Part shown: positions 5,992 to 11,709 of the stretch, one piece after another | Numbering within the stretch: position 1 is the first letter of the stretch | How the letters are laid out: each line of letters begins with the position of its first letter | Origin: Verrucomicrobiales bacterium | Lineage (GTDB): Bacteria; Verrucomicrobiota; Verrucomicrobiia; Verrucomicrobiales; SLCJ01 | Assembly (NCBI GenBank): GCA_046075565.1 | Contig: JBJTQJ010000087.1 | Span: 1 to 11,709 of the forward strand | DNA: 11,709 nucleotides | Direction: 5' to 3' | Notes under the pieces: generated by a model | Told to the model about the DNA's origin: nothing | The model's database searches: none | Seen by the model: the letters and a program-made list of their open reading frames with translations, nothing else | Translations under genes and position numbers: made by a program

Positions 5992-7800
5992 ATGTATCAA
6001 CTGATCTGGAAAAACCGCCGGCTCTGGAAAGAACATGCCCTGCCGGGCGAGATTGGCGAGGATGTCAGGGAGAGGGAAGTCACCCTCTCCTCAATGCTGA
6101 AATGGGAAGAGCATTGTGTCGAATGCTCCGCGCCAGCGTGTTACACGTCCTGCGGATTGTATGCCGACCGCGGGGATGGCAATTGCCGCAGGTTCAGCTA
6201 CGGTATTTTCCCGCACCCCGGATTCTCCGGACTGTTCGGCTACGGCGCGGATGTCCATTTCAAGCGTTGGGGAAAACTGGAAGCCTTGTGGCCAAAACAA
6301 CCACGGCTCCACTCCATCGCCGTGGCACGCTGGATTGACCGATGCGCGCAAGCTTACGATGCCATTCGGTTGTTCGCGCTCAAGTTGACGCCGAAAGGCA
6401 CGATCTGGAGCCGGAGGGTTCAGCACTGGAGCCTTGAGTGGAAAAAGCGCGCGCTGGAAACGGCGAGCGGTTTGTTTGGAAAAGAATTACCCGCGGATGC
6501 CTTCTATATCCGCTTCTTTTCCCCCGCTCCCTCATCCTTCAACCTGCAATTGGAGTTTATCCAGGACGTTCCGGTATGCCGGCGCAGCATCAGCGTAAAG
6601 CAGGGGTGGAACGAGTTTCTGCTCCCGGCCGCCGAGATCCAGGCTGACCCCGCGAAAAACGAATACGTCCGCCTGTGGGTGGATGCCGACCGCGAGGCCA
6701 GGTTCATTTTCACCTGGTTGGATTTCGTGGTCTTTGCCGGGGAAAAGACGGTGCGGCAGGAGAGCCCGGCTCAGAAAGTGAAATGCGTGGCATGGGATCT
6801 GGACAACACGCTCTGGAAGGGCGTGATCGGTGACGATGGCAAGGACGGCGTGAAGGTGGTTCCCGAGGCAGTCGAGATGATCCATCGCTTGGACCAGCGC
6901 GGTATCTTGCAGACCATCGCCAGCAAGAACGAGCACCAGATCGCGTGGGAAAAAATCACCGAACTGGGCTTGGCTGATTTCTTCCTCTACCCGGCAATCA
7001 ACTGGAACCCGAAGAGCGCGAATCTCCGGCGGATCGCCGGAGAGCTGAACATCAACGTCAACACCTTCGCGCTCATCGATGACTCGGGGTTCGAGCGGGG
7101 CGAGGTGTCCGCGGCCCTGCCCCAGGTGAGGGTTTACGATCCCCAATTCCTTTCCTCCCTGCTAGATCGGCCGGAATTCGATGTCCCTGTGACAATGGAC
7201 ACAAGCTCGCGACGCCTCAAATACATGGAGGAGATCAGCAGGAAATCCGTCCTTCAGAAGTGGGAGGGGGACCTTGACGAATTTCTCCAGGACTGCCGCA
7301 TCGAGCTAAACATCCGAAGCCTCCAAAATCAGGATCAGAAAGACCGCTGTCTTGAATTGCTGCATCGCAGCAATCAATTCCACCTTTCTGGAAAACGCTA
7401 CACCCCGGATGAATTCGAGGCCCTCCTCAGGGACCCTCAATATGACAGCTATGTTCTGGATGTTCGGGATCGCTATGGTGATTACGGGATCGTGGGATTC
7501 GTGTCCATTCGAAACGAGGTTGACGTGGTTACGGTGACCGATTTTGTCATGTCATGCCGGGTGGCGAGAAAGAAGATCGAAAACGCGTTCTTCCATTGGT
7601 ATCTCAACCGGGAGGAGTCCCGCGGCAAAAATGCCCATGCCGTCATGAAGGTGACCGGGAGAAACCAACCCCTCCGGCAGGTGTTCGAGGAATTGAAGTT
7701 CGAGGTCGTTAGGGAGACGGATTCGGAGATCCTGATGCGGGTTGATGTTGCGAGGATCGCGGCCGGGAAACCTCCCATCACGATAAAAACCAGCGAATAG
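5992..7800 (+). CDS. fkbH: FkbH-like glyceryl transferase/phosphatase (HAD-IIIC + C-terminal GNAT-like domain) with an about 260-aa Cys-rich N-terminal extension
   Basis: 602 aa. HAD motif I 'KCVAWDLDNTLWKG' (D269, nt 6796), 'IASKN', 'INWNPKS', 'IDDSGFER', 'RSNQF', 'DRYGDYGIVG', 'FVMSCRV' (C522, nt 7555). The N-terminus carries 'WEEHCVECSAPACYTSC...GNCRRF'. Confidence 0.92.
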   Translation: MYQLIWKNRRLWKEHALPGEIGEDVREREVTLSSMLKWEEHCVECSAPACYTSCGLYADRGDGNCRRFSYGIFPHPGFSGLFGYGADVHFKRWGKLEALWPKQPRLHSIAVARWIDRCAQAYDAIRLFALKLTPKGTIWSRRVQHWSLEWKKRALETASGLFGKELPADAFYIRFFSPAPSSFNLQLEFIQDVPVCRRSISVKQGWNEFLLPAAEIQADPAKNEYVRLWVDADREARFIFTWLDFVVFAGEKTVRQESPAQKVKCVAWDLDNTLWKGVIGDDGKDGVKVVPEAVEMIHRLDQRGILQTIASKNEHQIAWEKITELGLADFFLYPAINWNPKSANLRRIAGELNINVNTFALIDDSGFERGEVSAALPQVRVYDPQFLSSLLDRPEFDVPVTMDTSSRRLKYMEEISRKSVLQKWEGDLDEFLQDCRIELNIRSLQNQDQKDRCLELLHRSNQFHLSGKRYTPDEFEALLRDPQYDSYVLDVRDRYGDYGIVGFVSIRNEVDVVTVTDFVMSCRVARKKIENAFFHWYLNREESRGKNAHAVMKVTGRNQPLRQVFEELKFEVVRETDSEILMRVDVARIAAGKPPITIKTSE

Positions 7801-7899
7801 AGAACCGGAAACGTCATGGTTGGATTAGTATGGGAATCTACCGCAAATCCCCGGATACAACACCTCCAAGCCACAACGCCACAATTCAACAACAAGCTT

Positions 7900-8779
7900 A
7901 TGATAAACAAAATTAGAAACTACTCGAAGTTCCTCTACGGATTGAGCCCGGCGGCTTTGGTGACCATGATTCAGGACGGGCCGGACGCGGCGCGGGCTGT
8001 GGTTCGGCAAACCAGAAAGGCTGCGGAAAACGCAGACCACGTTCACGTGATGTCCTACTGGGATTTTGCCCGGGCCTTTTCCACCCCGAACCAGCTCATG
8101 TTCGATGGAGGTGCCTGGCAGGATGGATGCACCGCCCCGTTGGAGAGATTCTGCCTCGCGCAGCTCATCCGGTTCTTTTCTCCGCGTCAATTGTTGGAAA
8201 TCGGCACATTCAAGGGTTTTACCACCTGCCTCATGTTGGACAACGCGCCGGACAATGCGACCGTCCACACGGTCGATCTTGCCCCCGGAAAGAGAACACA
8301 TGAACCTGACCGCGGCGACCGATGCCCGCCTCATTCATCAGACGGGCATGGGTTCCGCATACCTGCGGCACCCGAAGCATGCCCAGGTTCGCCAGGTTCT
8401 CGGGGATTCCTTCCGTGCCGAGACCTGGGAAAACATACCAAAAACAATTGAGTTTGCCTTTATCGATGCAAGCCATTCCTACGAGGCGGTGAAGAATGAC
8501 ACGGAGCGCGTGTTCAAGACCGCGACGGATGATGTCGTCATCGCGTGGCATGATTATACGGACGAGGATTCCTATGAGCGGGGCATCGGAAAATACATCC
8601 GGGAATTGATGAGCGAGCGGCCGGATATCTTCGTGATTGAGGGGACAACCCTCGCGGTGAGGATTCCCCTCCATGTTCTAAAAAAACAAGCGGCGACAGT
8701 TCCTTCGTTTTATCCCGCCGGTGATTATCTCACCCGTCATCCGCTTGGAGCAACTCCTTGGCTCAGATCGAATCACTGA
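7900..8779 (+). pseudogene. Class I SAM-dependent methyltransferase (Methyltransf_24-like) with a frameshift at about 8279-8286
   Basis: The 5' frame (ORF 7816-8451, likely start ATG 7900) has 'LLEIGTFKGFTT' and 'HTVDL'. The 3' frame (ORF 8066-8779) has 'QVLGDS', 'FAFIDASHSYEAVKNDT' and 'VIAWHDY'. Removing 1 nt from GATCTTGCCCCCGGAA joins them (VDLPPER or VDLAPER), giving about 292 aa. Confidence 0.85.
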
Positions 8780-8827
8780 AGGCTTCCGCATAAAACCGGT
8801 GGATTGGTTCAGATTGGATGTCATGTC

Positions 8828-8884
8828 CAAAAAACACTCGCGCGTTGCCGGCGCGATACAGTTGCCTCAGTTTTTTGATACCAT
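8828..8884 (+). promoter_or_regulatory. Possible regulatory element in the intergenic gap before the GT4 gene (nested inverted repeats plus a candidate extended -10)
   Basis: CAAAAAAC (8828-8835) and GTTTTTTG (8870-8877) form a perfect 8-bp inverted repeat enclosing TCGCGC (8838-8843)/GCGCGA (8851-8856). TGATACCAT at 8876-8884 fits TGnTAnnAT. The repeats are seen directly; the function is a guess. Confidence 0.25.
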
Positions 8885-8902
8885 CTTTACCAAAAACTAA
8901 AA

Positions 8903-10207
8903 GTGGCCCCACTGCATATTCTCCACATCAACACCATGGATCAAGGTGGTGGAGCCGCGCAATTGGCCTTCAATCTGGTCGAGGCGAGCAATGCCGCCGG
9001 ACACAAGGCGACGATGGCGGTTCGCGCGAAGAAGAGCCAAAGGGATTTCGTCAGTCTTATTGAAAACGACGGGAACCGGCATGGGTGGGCCCGCTTTTGT
9101 TTGCGAACGCTTACGAAGAAAAACGGAAGCCAGCGCCTCGCCCGGCTGATTGGCCGGCCATGGGATACCGCCCGGGTTTTATGGGGGCTCGAGGATTTTG
9201 ATTTTCCCGGCATCTGGAAGCTGTTTGAGCGGCTTCCCCACAAGCCGGATCTGCTGCACCTGCATAATCTGCACGGCAACTACTTCGACCTGCGGGCCCT
9301 CCCTTGGCTGAGCCACCAGATCCCCACGGTGGCGACCTTGCATGATGCCTGGATGATGAGCGGTCATTGTTCCCACGGTTTCGACTGCGATCGCTGGCGC
9401 AGCGGTTGCGGCCAGTGCCCGGATCTCAGCATCTATCCAGCCATTCCGCGCGATGCCACCGCTTACAACTGGCGGCGCAAGCAGGCCATTTACGCCAAGA
9501 GCCGACTGCATGTGGTCGCGCCTGCAAAGTGGCTGATGAGTAAAGCCCATGAATCCATGCTGGCGCCGGCCATCGCCACATCCCGGGTGATTCACCACGG
9601 CATCGATCTCTCGGTATTCAAGACCGGAGACCGCGCCCAAGCCCGGCTTGAATTGGGACTGCCCCCGGACGCCACAATCCTGATGTTCGCCGCCGCAGGC
9701 ATCCGGGACAACATTTGGAAGGACTACCAAACCATGCGGCGCGCCTTTGAGTCCTTGGGAAGTTCCTCAGGGCGGCAGGGCCTGCTCTTCCTTGCGGTTG
9801 GGGACGATGGTCCCACGGAAAACATCGGCGGCAACGAACTCCGCTTCATTCCCCATTCCAGCGATCGCGCGCTGCTCGCGAAGTATTATCAGGCATCCGA
9901 TCTCTACGTCCACGGCGCGAAGGCCGAAGCGTGGGGCCTGACCATCACCGAAGCCATGGCCTGCGGCCTGCCGGTCGTGGCAAGCGATGTGGGCGGCATC
10001 CCGGATCAAGTGGCGGAAGGTGAAAGCGGATACCTCATTCCGGTGGGAGACGACCAACTCATGGCCCGGCGGATCGCGATGTTGTTGGACGATCCGTCAC
10101 AGCGGGCGGAGATGGGCCGCTGGGCCTGCAACCGGGCCCACGCCGAATTCGGCATTGCCACAATGACGGCAAGCTACCTGGACTTCTACGCGTCCGTCCT
10201 GGCGTGA
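8903..10207 (+). CDS. Glycosyltransferase family 4, WcaC-like
   Basis: 434 aa, GTG start. Motifs: 'ILHINTMDQGGGAA', 'PDLLHLHNLHG', 'TLHDAW..SGHC...C.RW..GCGQCP', 'VIHHGID', and the GT4 E-x7-E motif 'EAWGLTITEAMACGLPVVASDVGGIPD'. Confidence 0.93.
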   Translation: MAPLHILHINTMDQGGGAAQLAFNLVEASNAAGHKATMAVRAKKSQRDFVSLIENDGNRHGWARFCLRTLTKKNGSQRLARLIGRPWDTARVLWGLEDFDFPGIWKLFERLPHKPDLLHLHNLHGNYFDLRALPWLSHQIPTVATLHDAWMMSGHCSHGFDCDRWRSGCGQCPDLSIYPAIPRDATAYNWRRKQAIYAKSRLHVVAPAKWLMSKAHESMLAPAIATSRVIHHGIDLSVFKTGDRAQARLELGLPPDATILMFAAAGIRDNIWKDYQTMRRAFESLGSSSGRQGLLFLAVGDDGPTENIGGNELRFIPHSSDRALLAKYYQASDLYVHGAKAEAWGLTITEAMACGLPVVASDVGGIPDQVAEGESGYLIPVGDDQLMARRIAMLLDDPSQRAEMGRWACNRAHAEFGIATMTASYLDFYASVLA

Positions 10208-11547
10208 TGAATCCGTCTGCTTGTTATTCTCCCATGATTTCCATTCTCATCGTCGTATCCTGGCATGGCCATCATCCGTCCTACTGCACCCAGTTCATTC
10301 GTGCCTGCGCGTCTTTCAGCGAGAAGGTTTATGCCATCGTGCCCGAAGGCTCCGATCCACTCGACCGGCTTGAGGAATTTCCGGATGTGATTAGCGAAAC
10401 CGTCGTCATCCCATTTGCCAATCGCTATCCCAAATGCGCCTTTGGCGAGCTCCGGGCGCTGGAAAACGATTTCGACGAACTCCGGACCTTGGTTGGTTCC
10501 ATCAAGGATTCGCATCCGGGTTCGAGCGCTTTCATCTTTCATACGGATCTTGGGACCTTGGTTTGGAATTTCCGCCACTTACCCAGGCTCGCTTTCCGGG
10601 CCAGTGAATGGTTTCCCTGGCCATTCGGAGGTCTGTTGATTTCTCCGGATCGCAGATGGCCCTTGGAGGGGATACGGGAATCCTTGTGCCGGGCCATCGG
10701 CAAAGGCGGCCAACCGGGATCGCCCGCCCGTTTGCTGCTCAAGATATCCGGCGCGATGTTGGATATGGCTGGTGCGCTAATGAGGAGTTGCTATCTCAAT
10801 CTCAGGAATCTGGCGTTCAGGAAAAGCACTTGCTGTCAGATCGCCATTGAAGACGAGCGCTATTTGGAACCCCTACGCCTGGCGACTGGCACGAAAACCC
10901 ACTTCCTGCCAGAGACGACATCCGTCGAAGTGGCGGTCCCCGCTCCCGACCTCGTGGGCCGGATCGAGAGCAAGAGGAATGGCTTGGTTGTCGTTGGGAT
11001 CCTGGGAGCGATCAGCCCGAGAAAAGGAATCGATCTGCTGGCTGACGTGATCAAAAACCAGAACACGGATGGTTTCCTTTTCGTCCTTGCCGGGCCATGC
11101 GTGCCTTCGGAATTCCCGCCCGCAATTTCTGACTTCCTGCAAAATGAAATCTCAAATTACGGCAATGTGATTTACAGCCCCCATACCATTGTATCGGAAC
11201 CCGAATTCAATGCCATCATTCAAGCCTGTGACATCCTGTATTGCGCCTACAAGGGTCACATCCATTCCAGCAATGTGATCAGCAAGGCGGCGGCATTCCG
11301 CAAGCCGGTGATTGTGAGCGATGGGGAATTGATGGCCAAACGGGTCAGGGAGTATGGACTGGGCGTCGTTCTTCGCGGACGCAACTCCACGGCCTGCCTT
11401 GAGGCGCTTCGCGAACTCGCGGCCCCCGGTTTCAGGGAAGCCTTCGGCAAGTCCGCCAAATCCGGTCTTTACATGGAGGAGCACTCCTTCGAAAGCCTCC
11501 AACAGGCCATGGCATCGCTCGCCAGAGAACAAACCGGAGAAGCGTGA
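10204..11547 (+). CDS. GT-B fold glycosyltransferase (GT4-like, divergent)
   Basis: 447 aa. The start overlaps the upstream stop (GTGATG; ATG 10207 or 10234 are also possible). It has N-terminal 'HGHHPSY' and a C-terminal Rossmann domain with 'GILGAISPRKGIDLL', 'FVLAG', 'IQACDILYCAY...SSNVISKAAAFRKPVIVSD...VREYGLG'. Confidence 0.82.
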   Translation: MMNPSACYSPMISILIVVSWHGHHPSYCTQFIRACASFSEKVYAIVPEGSDPLDRLEEFPDVISETVVIPFANRYPKCAFGELRALENDFDELRTLVGSIKDSHPGSSAFIFHTDLGTLVWNFRHLPRLAFRASEWFPWPFGGLLISPDRRWPLEGIRESLCRAIGKGGQPGSPARLLLKISGAMLDMAGALMRSCYLNLRNLAFRKSTCCQIAIEDERYLEPLRLATGTKTHFLPETTSVEVAVPAPDLVGRIESKRNGLVVVGILGAISPRKGIDLLADVIKNQNTDGFLFVLAGPCVPSEFPPAISDFLQNEISNYGNVIYSPHTIVSEPEFNAIIQACDILYCAYKGHIHSSNVISKAAAFRKPVIVSDGELMAKRVREYGLGVVLRGRNSTACLEALRELAAPGFREAFGKSAKSGLYMEEHSFESLQQAMASLAREQTGEA

Positions 11548-11578
11548 GAATGCCGCACACAATATTTCATCATCGCCA

Positions 11579-11709
11579 ATGAATTATCGAACAAGAATCT
11601 ATGATGGCTATGCATCCACCATGCAGGATGCAGGAACGGAATTCGATCCTGTCGCCGCGCGCAAGTGGGGGCGGTCTTATCGGCACTACCTGCGCCAATG
11701 GCTTCCGGG
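11579..11709 (+). CDS. 5' end of the next gene, probably a class I SAM-dependent methyltransferase (truncated by the window edge)
   Basis: ATG at 11579 opens MNYRTRIYDGYASTMQDAGTEFDPVAARKWGRSYRHYLRQWLP..., open to the end of the window. The 'YR.RIY..Y...Y..YL..WLP' leader resembles, from memory, the segment preceding the SAM-binding motif in glycan-locus methyltransferases. The motif itself lies outside the window. Confidence 0.55.
   Translation, partial: MNYRTRIYDGYASTMQDAGTEFDPVAARKWGRSYRHYLRQWLP

Noticed and set aside
5992-7800. PKS/NRPS cluster implied by FkbH
   Set aside because: No ketosynthase, adenylation, condensation or ACP genes are in the window; the neighbours are a flippase and glycosyltransferases.
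7816-7899. N-terminal 28 codons of ORF 7816-8451, and its tail after about 8290
   Set aside because: The C/A-rich stretch before ATG 7900 looks like an untranslated leader. The tail after the frameshift is out-of-frame sequence, while the methyltransferase motifs continue in the other frame.

Overview
This window is part of a bacterial surface-polysaccharide (capsule/EPS/O-antigen-type) locus. All genes lie on the + strand and most are tightly packed. It opens with the 3' end of a small hypothetical gene and a repeat-rich spacer. Next come a Wzx-type flippase, a PP-loop ATP-pyrophosphatase-like protein with a QueC-type Cys4 motif, and a polysaccharide pyruvyltransferase. These are followed by a PIG-L de-N-acetylase (in-frame TAA), a CelD/BcsL-type GNAT (frameshift), an FkbH-like HAD/GNAT glyceryl transferase and a class I SAM methyltransferase (frameshift). 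Two GT-B glycosyltransferases and the start of a probable second methyltransferase close the window. Four things stand out: (i) six consecutive glycan-tailoring genes; (ii) an FkbH N-terminal extension with a ferredoxin-type CxxCxxPxCxxxC motif and no ACP gene in the window; (iii) the QueC-like enzyme in a glycan locus; (iv) three single-site lesions, all in tailoring genes and all at short homopolymers, which could be real decay or sequencing error. Family calls come from motif recognition only; no searches were run.
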